Positions 17,353-27,710 of a stretch of 64,000 nt of DNA are shown piece after piece. The stretch lies in IMG/VR virus record IMGVR_UViG_646564589_000005, one strand, 5' to 3'. The position numbers and the translations under genes are program-made. The notes under the pieces are model-generated. The model saw nothing but the letters and a program-made list of their open reading frames with translations. It was not told the DNA's origin and did not search any database. Origin of the DNA: a virus. The stretch's first letter is position 1. Each line of letters opens with the position of its first letter.

Positions 17353-18822
17353 ATGAAGCCAGAACATTTAGCGTTACTGCGCGATAAACTCTGGCGGCTG
17401 AATCATCTCTACTGGATTACGGACAAAGAAGGTCGCCCCGTCAGATTTAAGATGACACCAGAGCAGCTGGAGTATTTCGAGGGCATCCATACCCGTAATA
17501 TTATCCTGAAAGCCCGTCAGCTCGGTTTCACAACTGAGGTATGCATTATCCAGCTTGACGCTGCCCTATTCGAATCTGCCAAATGCGCCCTGATTGCCCA
17601 CACCCTGAATGACGCAAAGCGACTATTCCGTGAGAAGGTTAAGTACGCCTATGACCAATTGCCGGATGAGATTAAAGCCGCCAATCCTGCCAGTAATGAC
17701 GCAGCGGGTGAATTAGTCTTTCGCAAGGGCGGCTCGCTGTACGTATCAACCTCTTTCCGTGGTGGCACATTGCGTTATCTGCATGTCTCTGAATTCGGGA
17801 AGATATGCGCCAAGTTCCCCCACAAAGCCAGAGAAATTGTCACCGGTGCTTTTGAAGCGGTATCGACAGATTGTTTCACGACGATTGAGAGTACGGCGGA
17901 AGGGAGAGCGGGATACTTCTTTGACTACTGCCAGACGGCAGAGAAAGCACAACTACAGGGTAAGCAGCTATCTAACCTCGATTGGAAGTTTTTCTTTTTC
18001 TCGTGGTGGAAGAATCCGCAATACGCAATAGACCCAGTAGAGGCATGGCCTCAGCGCCTGGTTGACTACTTCGCTGAATTATCAGGCAAACACGGCATTC
18101 AGTTAAATGAACGTCAAAAGGCATGGTATCTCGCCAAAGAGAAGACACTCGGCGATGACATGAAGCGGGAATATCCATCCATCCCGTCCGAGGCATTCCA
18201 GCAATCAGTAGAAGGTGCGTACTACGCCAAGCAGTTCCGCTGGCTATATGAGAACAAACGCATCGGAAAATTACCGGATAATTCACACCTACCAGTACAT
18301 ACCTTCTGGGATATCGGGGTGGGTGATTCGACGGCGATCTGGTTCGTACGTGAAGTGGGGGAAGAGTTCCACGTCATCGACTATTACGAAAACTCCGGTG
18401 AGGGTTTACGGCATTACATGAAGGTATTGAAGGATAAAGGCTATATCTATGGTGATCATTGGGGGCCACATGATATCGATAACCGTGAGTTTGGCGCTGA
18501 TGCCAAGTCTCGACGAGAACTGGCGCGCGAAGGGTACGAAATCGACGGTCAGAAATACTCAATGATCTTCAAGGTTGTGCCAAAGGTTGGCGTGGATACT
18601 GGCATAGAATCGGTGCGTGAAATCCTGTCCAGTTGTGTATTTGATGAAGAGTGTAGTGAGGGGATATCTCATCTGGAAAGCTACCGCAAGGAATGGGATG
18701 ACAAGCGCGGTTGCTGGAAAGATAAGCCACTTCATGACTTCACATCACATGGTGCGGACGGGTTCAGGTATTTTGCTGTTGCCAAGAACAACCGTAAGGC
18801 TGTGGGCGCATTTTTCTTTTAA
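17353..18822 (+). CDS. terL: Terminase large subunit
   Basis: LKARQLGFTT, LHVSEFG, IESTA, WDIG, SHGADGFRY. Confidence 0.95.
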   Translation: MKPEHLALLRDKLWRLNHLYWITDKEGRPVRFKMTPEQLEYFEGIHTRNIILKARQLGFTTEVCIIQLDAALFESAKCALIAHTLNDAKRLFREKVKYAYDQLPDEIKAANPASNDAAGELVFRKGGSLYVSTSFRGGTLRYLHVSEFGKICAKFPHKAREIVTGAFEAVSTDCFTTIESTAEGRAGYFFDYCQTAEKAQLQGKQLSNLDWKFFFFSWWKNPQYAIDPVEAWPQRLVDYFAELSGKHGIQLNERQKAWYLAKEKTLGDDMKREYPSIPSEAFQQSVEGAYYAKQFRWLYENKRIGKLPDNSHLPVHTFWDIGVGDSTAIWFVREVGEEFHVIDYYENSGEGLRHYMKVLKDKGYIYGDHWGPHDIDNREFGADAKSRRELAREGYEIDGQKYSMIFKVVPKVGVDTGIESVREILSSCVFDEECSEGISHLESYRKEWDDKRGCWKDKPLHDFTSHGADGFRYFAVAKNNRKAVGAFFF

Positions 18823-18831
18823 GGAGAGGCT

Positions 18832-20256
18832 GTGAGTGAAAAACAAGAATTGCTCGTTAATAGTCTGGTTGACACGATCGCCAAGCGGATGCTCTATGCG
18901 TCGGGTGGGATTAGCGGCAATACAAAACGAACCAATATTTATTCTGAGTTCGGTTATCCCGAGCAGCTCAGATTCAAAGAGTACTATAACGTCTATGAGC
19001 GTAATGCTGTAGCTCATGCCGCCGTGCATCGTTTGCTGGACGGGTGTTGGCAGGACAATCCGACCATTATTGATGGCGAGGAAAAGAAAGAGTCAGACGT
19101 AACCAGCGCATGGGAAACGAAAGTTACAAAGCTGCTAAAGCCGTTCTGGGCGAAAATCAAAGATGCTGATCGCCGCAATATGATTGGTAACTACTCAGCG
19201 CTGCTTATTCAGGTTAGGGATAGCAAAAACTGGAGTGAGCCTGTTGATGTTACTGTGGTATCACGACTAAAAGTTGATGCAGTAGTTAACCTAATCCCCG
19301 TCTGGGAGCCTCAATTGACTGTTGCCGAGTGGGATCAGGATATTCATTCAGATACCTATGGGCAGCCAAAGATGTTCAATTTTGATGAACGTCCCGTGGG
19401 TCAGGTTGAGATGCAAGGCCCAGCGAAACAACTTCTCATTCATCCATCACGGGTGATTACTTTGTGCGAAGGTGCCGAAAGTGGGGATATTTTCTCCGGC
19501 ACGCCGTTGCTCAGGGCGGGGTATAACAAATTGCTGGATATCGAAAAGGTATCTGGTGGTAGTTCCGAGGGTTTTTTGAAAAACGCTTCTCGTCAGATCG
19601 GGGTGGAGTTTGAAAAAGAAACTGATATGAATAGTATCACCACGGCGGCAATTCAAGCTGGCTACAAAGACCTCGGCGCGGCACTGGAAGATAAAATCAG
19701 CAAGCTCAACAGAGGGACTGACTCAGCGGCAGTGATGCAAGCGGGGCGGTTGAATGTCCTGTCTGTTGCTCCGGGAGACCCAACACCCACATGGGAAGTG
19801 ACAGCCCGTGAGTTTTGCGCCTCCGTGCAAGTGCCGTTTACTGTGCTGTTCGGCACTCAGACCGGAAAGTTAGCCGGTGATAAAGATGATGCCACTTGGA
19901 AGGTTCGGTTGAATGGTCGCCGATGGGGTTTTCTAACCCAATATGTGACGCAATTGATAACGCGGTTGTGGGAAATCGGCATTATCGAACCACCTTCTTC
20001 CGGTGAGGTCACTATTGCATGGTCTGACATGCTCGCCGCCAGTGAGCAGGAGAAGATCGACAATATGATTAAGATGGCTGAGGCTGCACTTAAGACACAA
20101 CAGGCTTTTGGGACACCCGCGTTTACTCCTAATGAAGTCCGTACTGTAGGCGAGATGGAGCCGTTGGAAGAAGAGCCAGAGCCACAGGGCGCAACCGGAG
20201 ATCCGTTAACTGATGACCCAGACCAAAATTGGAACCCCGATAATACCAAGGAATAA
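18832..20256 (+). CDS. Portal protein (DUF1073-type)
   Basis: Follows terL; IHPSRVI, GYNKLLDIEKVSGGSSEGF. Confidence 0.88.
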   Translation: MSEKQELLVNSLVDTIAKRMLYASGGISGNTKRTNIYSEFGYPEQLRFKEYYNVYERNAVAHAAVHRLLDGCWQDNPTIIDGEEKKESDVTSAWETKVTKLLKPFWAKIKDADRRNMIGNYSALLIQVRDSKNWSEPVDVTVVSRLKVDAVVNLIPVWEPQLTVAEWDQDIHSDTYGQPKMFNFDERPVGQVEMQGPAKQLLIHPSRVITLCEGAESGDIFSGTPLLRAGYNKLLDIEKVSGGSSEGFLKNASRQIGVEFEKETDMNSITTAAIQAGYKDLGAALEDKISKLNRGTDSAAVMQAGRLNVLSVAPGDPTPTWEVTAREFCASVQVPFTVLFGTQTGKLAGDKDDATWKVRLNGRRWGFLTQYVTQLITRLWEIGIIEPPSSGEVTIAWSDMLAASEQEKIDNMIKMAEAALKTQQAFGTPAFTPNEVRTVGEMEPLEEEPEPQGATGDPLTDDPDQNWNPDNTKE

Positions 20257-21205
20257 GCGTGACCCCACGCAATCATACCGCCCCGTTAACAAGATGTTTC
20301 GTGATATCGAACAGCGGTATTACGGCATCAAGGTGGCGCTGAAACAACTATTTAATGAAAGATTGGTTGGCCGAGAGCGTAGTGTTAATTCACTCTATGG
20401 ATACATACTCACCCAAAATGCGGTAAAGCCTGACACGCTTTACCGAGTCAATGCCGGAACGTATATCTATGACATGACAGCCCAGCAACTGGCTGATCTG
20501 CTGGAGATAGTGCAAATAATTCTGGATGATTTTTTGCTTGCTGGTGGGAAAGATCAGCTATGGGCTTTTAGTTATGTAGCGGATGAGTATCAGCGAGGAA
20601 CATTAAACGCCTATACCAATCTATCCGCACAGTCAGAAATCTACGCACAGAAAACCACACTCTCAGCCTTGTTATCAACGCCAGCCTATCAAAATCAGGT
20701 GGCGGCAGCTTTTATATCAACCTACAGCGATTGGAAGGGCGTTTCTGATGCGGCACGGGCTGATCTTTCTCATGTGATAGCTGAGGCTATTGCTCGCGGC
20801 GTCAATCCGAGAGAGATTGCCGCTATCATCAGTAAACGCTTGAATGTGTCAATAGGAACCGCCAAGAACATCGCCCAGACTGAGCAAGTAGGTGCATTGC
20901 GAGAGGCTAATTGGAATGAATCTGAATGGGCTAAAGAACGGCTGGGATTAAATACCAAATTGCTTTGGTTATCCGCTCTGAAACCTACAACACGGCAATG
21001 GCATGCAGTCAGGCATGGGAAACTCTACACAAAACAGGAAGCTGAGGAATTCTATTCCAAGAACGGTAATCGCTATCGCTGCTACTGCGCACAACAGCCT
21101 GTTGTTCTGGACGATAGCGGAAAACTGTATAACACCGGGCTGACTAAACGTCTGACAGAAGAACGTCAGGCGTGGCAAAAACCAGAACCGGAACAAATCG
21201 AGTAA
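20213..21205 (+). CDS. Head morphogenesis protein (SPP1 gp7/Mu F-like)
   Basis: IAQTE...A.R.A, TTR.WHA.RHG, NRYRCYC. Confidence 0.88.
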   Translation: MTQTKIGTPIIPRNKRDPTQSYRPVNKMFRDIEQRYYGIKVALKQLFNERLVGRERSVNSLYGYILTQNAVKPDTLYRVNAGTYIYDMTAQQLADLLEIVQIILDDFLLAGGKDQLWAFSYVADEYQRGTLNAYTNLSAQSEIYAQKTTLSALLSTPAYQNQVAAAFISTYSDWKGVSDAARADLSHVIAEAIARGVNPREIAAIISKRLNVSIGTAKNIAQTEQVGALREANWNESEWAKERLGLNTKLLWLSALKPTTRQWHAVRHGKLYTKQEAEEFYSKNGNRYRCYCAQQPVVLDDSGKLYNTGLTKRLTEERQAWQKPEPEQIE

Positions 21206-21225
21206 CACTTCAAAGAGGTCACGAC

Positions 21226-22614
21226 ATGAAGCTATCCAGCGTTCATGTTAAATCCCTAGCCCTAAACTCCTCCAATATCTCAACTGAAACTATCGATGGT
21301 GATGCACATATTGTCATTCGTGGCGTTGTACCCGTTGTTGATGATGTTGTGATGAACGGCGGTCTTTATCCGGCTGGTGAGATTAACAAGAGCTACAAAT
21401 CAATAGAAGGCAAGCAGATGCCTTTGGGACATCCCAGCATTGACGGCCAGTATGTCTCTGCGGATGTTCCCCGTGCGGTCAATCAGTTTCATGTTGGTGC
21501 ATGGGCTGAGAATGTACGAAAAGACGGTGATCGGGTTGTCATGGACATGAAGATTAACCGTCGGTATGCGGAGTCTACGGAAAAGGGGCAGGTTTTACTA
21601 CAGCGTCTGGATGACATGATCGCTAACAAAGGCGCTGAGCCTATACACATTTCCACTGGGCTATTGCTACAGCGTGAGCAGAACGGCGGGAAGTCACGAG
21701 GGAAAAAGTACACATGGATTGCACGAAATATGCAGTTCGACCATGTGGCCATTCTCCCACCCGAAGAACCGGGAGCCGCAACACCAAAAGAGGGGGTGGG
21801 GATTTTTGTCAACTCTGATGGTGAAAAGCTGAATGTCGAGCAGGTTAATCTGTCTGATGCATCAAATTGCACAAAAGAGGGAGTGGTTGATAAAACGAAA
21901 TTCTTTTTCACCAATGCCTCTAACTTCTCATTCGATGACATTTACTCAGCGCTCAGAGCAAAGTTAAAAGTTGCATACCCAAATGATGACTGGCCTTACC
22001 CTGAAACCGTCTGGCCTGACAAATTTATCTACTACCGATCCGGTAAAACCTATCAGCAAAAATATCTCATGAACGATGACGGTACAGCCGAACTCGTCGG
22101 AGAGTCTGTCGAAGTTGTGCGTAAGCCAACTGAATACGAAATTAAAACCAACGGAGCTAATAACCCGATGAAAGACATGATTGTTAACGCCCTGAAAGCG
22201 AAAGGTAAGTCGACTGACGGCAAGACCGAAGCTGAATTGCTTGATGCATACAACCAGATGAATGCTGACGAAGCAAAAGACAAAGAAACGCTGGAAGAAA
22301 AAGCCGCGCGCGCGAAAAAAGAGAAAGAGGCCGTAACAAATACTGATGCGATTACCGCAGCAATAAATGCAGCCATGAAACCAGTGACTGACAAAATCAC
22401 CACGCTGGAATCTCAGTTGACCGCGAACGCAGACAAGGAGAAATCCGACAAACGTGCTGCGGTAAAAGCGAAGTTTGGTCTGGACGATATCGCGGTTAAT
22501 GCGCTGGATGGTGCAGCACTGGATGGCTTTTATGCCCAGTGCCAGACATCAGCAGGGCTGAATTCATCATTCACAAACAACAATTCTGAATCATTCACAT
22601 CTATGCCGGAGTAA
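21226..22614 (+). CDS. Prohead protease/scaffold (DUF2213-like)
   Basis: DHVAILP..GA..P.EG.GIFVN protease-like motif; Ala/Lys/Glu-rich C-terminus. Confidence 0.82.
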   Translation: MKLSSVHVKSLALNSSNISTETIDGDAHIVIRGVVPVVDDVVMNGGLYPAGEINKSYKSIEGKQMPLGHPSIDGQYVSADVPRAVNQFHVGAWAENVRKDGDRVVMDMKINRRYAESTEKGQVLLQRLDDMIANKGAEPIHISTGLLLQREQNGGKSRGKKYTWIARNMQFDHVAILPPEEPGAATPKEGVGIFVNSDGEKLNVEQVNLSDASNCTKEGVVDKTKFFFTNASNFSFDDIYSALRAKLKVAYPNDDWPYPETVWPDKFIYYRSGKTYQQKYLMNDDGTAELVGESVEVVRKPTEYEIKTNGANNPMKDMIVNALKAKGKSTDGKTEAELLDAYNQMNADEAKDKETLEEKAARAKKEKEAVTNTDAITAAINAAMKPVTDKITTLESQLTANADKEKSDKRAAVKAKFGLDDIAVNALDGAALDGFYAQCQTSAGLNSSFTNNNSESFTSMPE

Positions 22615-23048
22615 TGGAAATGGCTAAAGACGGAAAACATGTAATTCATGCGGGTGGTGTATTTACCAATCCGATGCTGAATCGCGAAGGTGCGGCGGCG
22701 GTAGATACGAAGCCCGGCACCATTGGGTATTTTGAGGCAGGCAAATTCAAAGCCTCCGTGGACGGCAAAGAATCAGCCATTTTGTATGTTGCCAATATCG
22801 ACTATCTCCGCTGCCAGACAGTGGATGACGCTATCACGGCGGGTTCAGTGGTCATCTGTATTCACCCTATGGCGGGGGTATTCCTAAACGTTCGTGCAAC
22901 TGAGGGAACGTATAAAAAGGGTCAGCCTGTGACGGCTGCTAACGGTCAGATTGCGGCGGCTGGTGATGGTGTTGCTGCATTTGCCTATGTCGAAGAAGAC
23001 AGTATCACAGCAAAAGCGGGTGATCTGGTTCGCGTGGTGTTTAAGTAA
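22614..23048 (+). CDS. Capsid decoration protein
   Basis: Position between scaffold and MCP; size. Confidence 0.7.
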   Translation: MEMAKDGKHVIHAGGVFTNPMLNREGAAAVDTKPGTIGYFEAGKFKASVDGKESAILYVANIDYLRCQTVDDAITAGSVVICIHPMAGVFLNVRATEGTYKKGQPVTAANGQIAAAGDGVAAFAYVEEDSITAKAGDLVRVVFK

Positions 23049-23058
23049 GGAGAACTGA

Positions 23059-24135
23059 ATGTTTTATTTTTCAACTAAACGGGCAACCGAAACCGGCAAC
23101 CTTGAGGCTAATCAAGCTCAGTTTGGCGAGCTGACGTTAGCCCGTAATTCATCTGCTCAGGCGGTAGCGGCTTTTATTTCTCGCGCTCGCTTCCGTGGTG
23201 AGGATGCTCCGCGCCTTGATGCGGTTAATGCTATCGATGATATCAAGCGCCTGTATCGTGCGTATGACCAGACTGTGCTGGCAGAGTTTGAGCCTAACAC
23301 TGAATTCACTCTGTTAAATGATCTGGTGGGATTATCTCGCTCAGTGCGTTTAGAAGAATCAGTGTATGAATATGCTCGTACTGGCGGCACTGGTTGGGCA
23401 CATACGTCAATGTCTGGTCAGATTGGTGCAGCTCTGGATGCACGTTCTTACAGCTTTGACGGTACGATGGTGCCAATTCACGATACGGGCTTTAAGTTCA
23501 ATTGGCGCGATCCGGTATTTAACAAAGGCTCTGCGCTGGCTTCATTGTCTGATGCACAGGCCGACTCTGTAAAAGTTGTTCGTCGTAAGTATCTCGACTT
23601 TATCTGGAATGGTTTCCGCGACAGTGAAGGTAATTTCATTAAGTTTGATGATAAAACGTGGAAAGGCTTACGCGCTGATGAGCGTATCGCACAAGTCACG
23701 CTAAACGTCGATCACACCACGAGCACAGATGGTCAAGCAATGCGTAGTGAAGTTATGAAAGTGCGTGACGTGCTGAAATTACAAAACTACCAGTACGGGG
23801 CACAGACTTGGTATGTATCAGGTGACGTCCTGTCTAACTGGGAAAAACTGTACTACGACGTTAACCAGACCCGCACTGTTCTTGAGGAAATTAAGAAAAT
23901 CACGGGCATTGCTGGCATCAAAGAAGACTTTGAGCTGAAAGGCAATGAAATGATGATCATTCCACTGGGCGCAGGTGTTATCGCACCGATTGTTGGACAG
24001 GCTTTCGGCACGGTTGCGGATCCACGCCAGTTCTATAACTCCGACTATGTATGGCGCACATGGGGGGCTGCTGGTCTGATGGTTAAGCAGGATATTAACG
24101 GACACTTCTCAGTCATCCACGCCAAAGGCAAGTAA
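23059..24135 (+). CDS. Major capsid protein
   Basis: 358 aa; position in the head module. Confidence 0.85.
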   Translation: MFYFSTKRATETGNLEANQAQFGELTLARNSSAQAVAAFISRARFRGEDAPRLDAVNAIDDIKRLYRAYDQTVLAEFEPNTEFTLLNDLVGLSRSVRLEESVYEYARTGGTGWAHTSMSGQIGAALDARSYSFDGTMVPIHDTGFKFNWRDPVFNKGSALASLSDAQADSVKVVRRKYLDFIWNGFRDSEGNFIKFDDKTWKGLRADERIAQVTLNVDHTTSTDGQAMRSEVMKVRDVLKLQNYQYGAQTWYVSGDVLSNWEKLYYDVNQTRTVLEEIKKITGIAGIKEDFELKGNEMMIIPLGAGVIAPIVGQAFGTVADPRQFYNSDYVWRTWGAAGLMVKQDINGHFSVIHAKGK

Positions 24136-24144
24136 GGGGGATAT

Positions 24145-24534
24145 ATGGCACTCGTAAAAATTTTGGTAACAAATCTTTTTGCCGGTGCCAACCTTCAGAA
24201 GTTGGAGGTTGGCCACACCTATGAGATTAATGACAGTATTGCTGTTAAGTGGATTGACGCTGGCAAAGCAGAAGCTTCTAAAGATAAAAAGGGGGAGAAA
24301 TTAGTATTTGAAGTAGCGACACCTGCAACCATGAATTTTTCTGAAGATTCAGAACTACAAGCTGAACTGGATGACGCTAACGCTAAGATGCTAGCCATGA
24401 TTGAGGCCGCTAAGGCAAAAGAAACGGAACTCACAGAAGTATTGGCGGCTGAAAAAAAACGAGCTGATGATGCAGAGAAAGCTCTTGCGGAAGCGGCCAG
24501 AAAGGCGAAAAAAGATGGTGATAACACTGAGTGA
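24145..24534 (+). CDS. Virion-associated protein
   Basis: Follows MCP; coiled-coil C-terminus. Confidence 0.7.
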   Translation: MALVKILVTNLFAGANLQKLEVGHTYEINDSIAVKWIDAGKAEASKDKKGEKLVFEVATPATMNFSEDSELQAELDDANAKMLAMIEAAKAKETELTEVLAAEKKRADDAEKALAEAARKAKKDGDNTE

Positions 24535-24880
24535 CATTAAGCCGATGATCGCCGAGTTGGGTTTCACATTGCCTGATTCTGTACTGGAATTGCTCTTGGA
24601 GCAGGTGAATGTAACCTCGGAGTGTATGACGGCTCAGGGTTATGAGGACAACCTGCAAAAACTCCTGCTTATCTATGCCGCTGTCCGTCTGGCTTCCCTG
24701 TCCGGTGCGAGAAAAATTGCCTCACAGGGTTCGCCCTCCGGTGGTTCGCGTTCATTCAATTACGATTCAGCCGGCACGGATTATTTGCTGAAACAAATCA
24801 GGATCTGGGATAAACAAGGCTGCCTGTCCGGTTTGCCGCTGGAAAGTAAATCAGTCGGCTTCTTTGATGTAGTGGGGTGA
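24515..24880 (+). CDS. Head-tail adaptor
   Basis: SQGSPSGGSRSF.Y motif; position. Confidence 0.75.
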   Translation: MVITLSDIKPMIAELGFTLPDSVLELLLEQVNVTSECMTAQGYEDNLQKLLLIYAAVRLASLSGARKIASQGSPSGGSRSFNYDSAGTDYLLKQIRIWDKQGCLSGLPLESKSVGFFDVVG

Positions 24881-25230
24881 ACATGAGCAGTGTTGCTAAC
24901 TGGGCTTATACCGCCCCTTGTACCTTCTGGAAGCGGCTAGAAAATGATGAGTATGGTAAACCTCTTGGTTATGCTGAGCCACAAATCATCTTGTGTGATT
25001 ATCAAGGTGGATTGTCCAGCAAAATATCTGGGGTTGGTGCTGAACTTGTTGCCAAAAACACATTCTGGACTGAGTTTGCTGATGCCTCTATAGGGGATTA
25101 TATCCTGATTGGCGAGTCATCTAATCTGAATCCTATCGCGGCAGGGGCTGACGAACTCAAGCACATCGTGCGCTATGCCGACACATTTGAACGCATGGCG
25201 GATGATTACGCATTAGTGACGGGGGTGTGA
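24877..25230 (+). CDS. Head closure/joining protein
   Basis: Neck module position. Confidence 0.75.
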   Translation: MNMSSVANWAYTAPCTFWKRLENDEYGKPLGYAEPQIILCDYQGGLSSKISGVGAELVAKNTFWTEFADASIGDYILIGESSNLNPIAAGADELKHIVRYADTFERMADDYALVTGV

Positions 25231-25231
25231 T

Positions 25232-25603
25232 ATGGGCGTGAAAGTCACCGGCATTCGTGAGGCGCAAACCAGACTTAATGCACTCATCGGCGATATTAGA
25301 GGGCGTAAGGTGGTTCGTGCCATGCATAAGGCGCTGTATATCGGGAGCGCTCAGGCTGCTCTTTATACGCCGATTGATACTGCCACCCTCATTAACTCTC
25401 AGTTCCGTGATGTTCGCTTTCAGGGAACACGGTTAACGGGGCGGGTGGGATATTCTGCAAACTACGCCGTTTATGTTCATGACCCCAAGGTTAAGCAAAA
25501 CTTCCGCAGGGCAACCGCGAAAAAAGAGTTCTTGAAGCGCGGATTTAATGAAGTGCGGGCGCAGATCGATAAGGCTGTCATGGAGGAATTGAAATCGCTA
25601 TGA
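25232..25603 (+). CDS. HK97 gp10-like neck protein
   Basis: TPIDT.TL.NS, GYSANYAVYVH motif. Confidence 0.8.
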   Translation: MGVKVTGIREAQTRLNALIGDIRGRKVVRAMHKALYIGSAQAALYTPIDTATLINSQFRDVRFQGTRLTGRVGYSANYAVYVHDPKVKQNFRRATAKKEFLKRGFNEVRAQIDKAVMEELKSL

Positions 25604-25974
25604 GTATATTTGAACAATTCCGGCATTATCTGGCAACGGCAAGGCTGATTGATGGTTTCACGGTACAGATGGTCACTTGGATTGAACAGAAAGGCGATGG
25701 CGGGAAAGCGCAGTACATGGTCTTTCAGCCATCGGGTGGAACAGGACGACTGGATGATCTCAGTGCGGATGACAATGTGCAGGTGATACTGGTCAGTGGA
25801 CAGAACGACCCACAGCCCGTTATCCAGCGAGCGCAGGAAATACTCGACTATGTGGCTGCTCATCCCGATGATGATTGCCTGAATGCTGTTTTCAATCTGG
25901 GCGGTATGCCAACCCCCATCCCGACACAAGAGAACCGATACATCATCCGGTTACTATTCCGTTGTACATCATAA
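25600..25974 (+). CDS. Tail terminator-like protein
   Basis: Position before the tail tube gene. Confidence 0.7.
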   Translation: MSIFEQFRHYLATARLIDGFTVQMVTWIEQKGDGGKAQYMVFQPSGGTGRLDDLSADDNVQVILVSGQNDPQPVIQRAQEILDYVAAHPDDDCLNAVFNLGGMPTPIPTQENRYIIRLLFRCTS

Positions 25975-26025
25975 TCAGGTCGCGTAACGCGGCCTTTTTT
26001 ATTTCTATTAATAGAGGTTATTCAC

Positions 26026-26778
26026 ATGGCAAATTGCCCGGTAGAAACCAATAAACTTATTGGCCGTAATGCCATTATCCGTATTGCACATGGTTGTCCT
26101 GATGCAGTACCCGATCAATCAGCGTTTTTTCGGATTGGTGCATTGACCACCAAATCATTTGATCTGTCACCTAACACACTGACCTCAGAGGCGGATGATT
26201 CAAAGGGGCTGGTGGAAAGTGTCGTCACCAGCATGAACTTAACCATCTCATTTGATGGTGAGTATCGTAAGCGGGACAAGAAAGATGATTTCGGTCCATT
26301 GCGATTGTTGCAGGAAATACCGAGAGAGGTTCAGGCTGGCCGTCAGCCCTCGTATTGGGTACAGATGGATTTTACAGGCGAGAATGCCTTCGTTCTGCAA
26401 GGCTACATGGTCTTCACGTCGTGGTCATCTAAGTTCGGTGCTAACGAAGTGGCTACGTATTCCGGTGAGTTAAAAATATCCGATGCCGATACGGTTGAAT
26501 GGTTGATCGAAGAAGTCGCGGTACAGTCAATCACCGCTAATCCTTCGTCATTGACTGTAGCCGTAGGAAAAACCGGTTCTTTTGTGGTTAATTTCAATCC
26601 TGCTGATGCGACCAATAAAAACTATACCGTGACATCTGATAAAACCAGCGTTGCTACAGTGAGCAAGATAGGTAGCGTGGTGACAGTGAAAGGGGTTGCA
26701 GAAGGCTCGGCAAATGTCACCGTCACTTCCGAGGATGGCAGTAAAGCCGCCAAATGTGCGGTAACGGTAACTGCTTAA
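26026..26778 (+). CDS. Major tail tube protein with C-terminal Ig-like (Big_2) domain
   Basis: C-terminal V.F.PADATNK..TVTSD..VATV...G...G.A.VTVTSEDG motif. Confidence 0.9.
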   Translation: MANCPVETNKLIGRNAIIRIAHGCPDAVPDQSAFFRIGALTTKSFDLSPNTLTSEADDSKGLVESVVTSMNLTISFDGEYRKRDKKDDFGPLRLLQEIPREVQAGRQPSYWVQMDFTGENAFVLQGYMVFTSWSSKFGANEVATYSGELKISDADTVEWLIEEVAVQSITANPSSLTVAVGKTGSFVVNFNPADATNKNYTVTSDKTSVATVSKIGSVVTVKGVAEGSANVTVTSEDGSKAAKCAVTVTA

Positions 26779-26827
26779 CATTACAAAGGGTGCTTGCGAG
26801 CGCCCTTGATAATGTTCAGGAGGAATT

Positions 26828-27514
26828 ATGACACCTATTTTTGAAATCGGCGAGATAGTTATCTCCACTGATAAACGCGATTTTTTACTTTACCCCTCAT
26901 TCTCTTCAATGACGAGAATTGGAACGCCTCAACAAATTGTGGGGGCGTACACGTTGCTCAATGGCGCGGAGACGCAGGAACTCATTAACCGAGCAGTGAT
27001 AGCCTATGGCACTCTTCCAGACTGGCTGATTAAGCTGATGCGTAAGCCCATTGGACGGAAGATTTTATCTACTGCCATAATGGTTATACAGGCTTGTTGT
27101 GATGAAGATGCAGACGAGCTCATCGGGGAGTGGCGACCGGGGCGAAGGGGTCTGGTATATCGACCGGGACGAATGCCCGTGAATGACATCATTGTGGTTG
27201 CTACTGAACTGATAACACATGGAGTTATTGGTAAGGTTGAAATCAGGAGGCTCCAACGACATGAAGGTACGGAAGCGTATTCCGACCAGTTTAAAGCTAT
27301 CGAGTATATCAGTGCTGCCCGCACGCACTTCAATATGACACGAGAGGAAGCTGAACGGTTAACCATGACCGAGTTTCAGATGATGCTGAAAGCCAAGTTC
27401 CCTGATGAGAAAGGCTTTACGCGTGAAGAGTATGACGCTGTTATCGATGCTGATGATAAGCGCACCAATGAGCTGATGAGCGGCAAACGCAGACTGGTGA
27501 GTATGCAGCGATGA
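26828..27514 (+). CDS. Tail assembly chaperone-like protein
   Basis: Follows the tube gene; F.A.EYI.AAR.HF, LTMTEFQ motifs. Confidence 0.75.
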   Translation: MTPIFEIGEIVISTDKRDFLLYPSFSSMTRIGTPQQIVGAYTLLNGAETQELINRAVIAYGTLPDWLIKLMRKPIGRKILSTAIMVIQACCDEDADELIGEWRPGRRGLVYRPGRMPVNDIIVVATELITHGVIGKVEIRRLQRHEGTEAYSDQFKAIEYISAARTHFNMTREEAERLTMTEFQMMLKAKFPDEKGFTREEYDAVIDADDKRTNELMSGKRRLVSMQR

Positions 27515-27609
27515 AATGGCATGGATTCATGCTTAACTTCGGGTTACGGATGGCTAAAAACTGACACATTTTAATCATCAACGAAACAATAGCAATATAG
27601 CCAATGCTA

Positions 27610-27638
27610 TTGAACCTTAGGTTCAAGTAGACTAATAT
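27610..27638 (+). promoter_or_regulatory. Promoter TTGAAC-17-TAATAT overlapped by the perfect 17-bp palindrome TTGAACCT-T-AGGTTCAA
   Basis: Direct reading; core GAACCTTAGGTTC fits the OL/OR consensus. Confidence 0.55.
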
Positions 27639-27710
27639 CACCTCAAGGAATATTTATCAATGAGCTAAATTTTAGCTATCCATTTTAGGTACTGGGATTG
27701 AGGGGGATAT

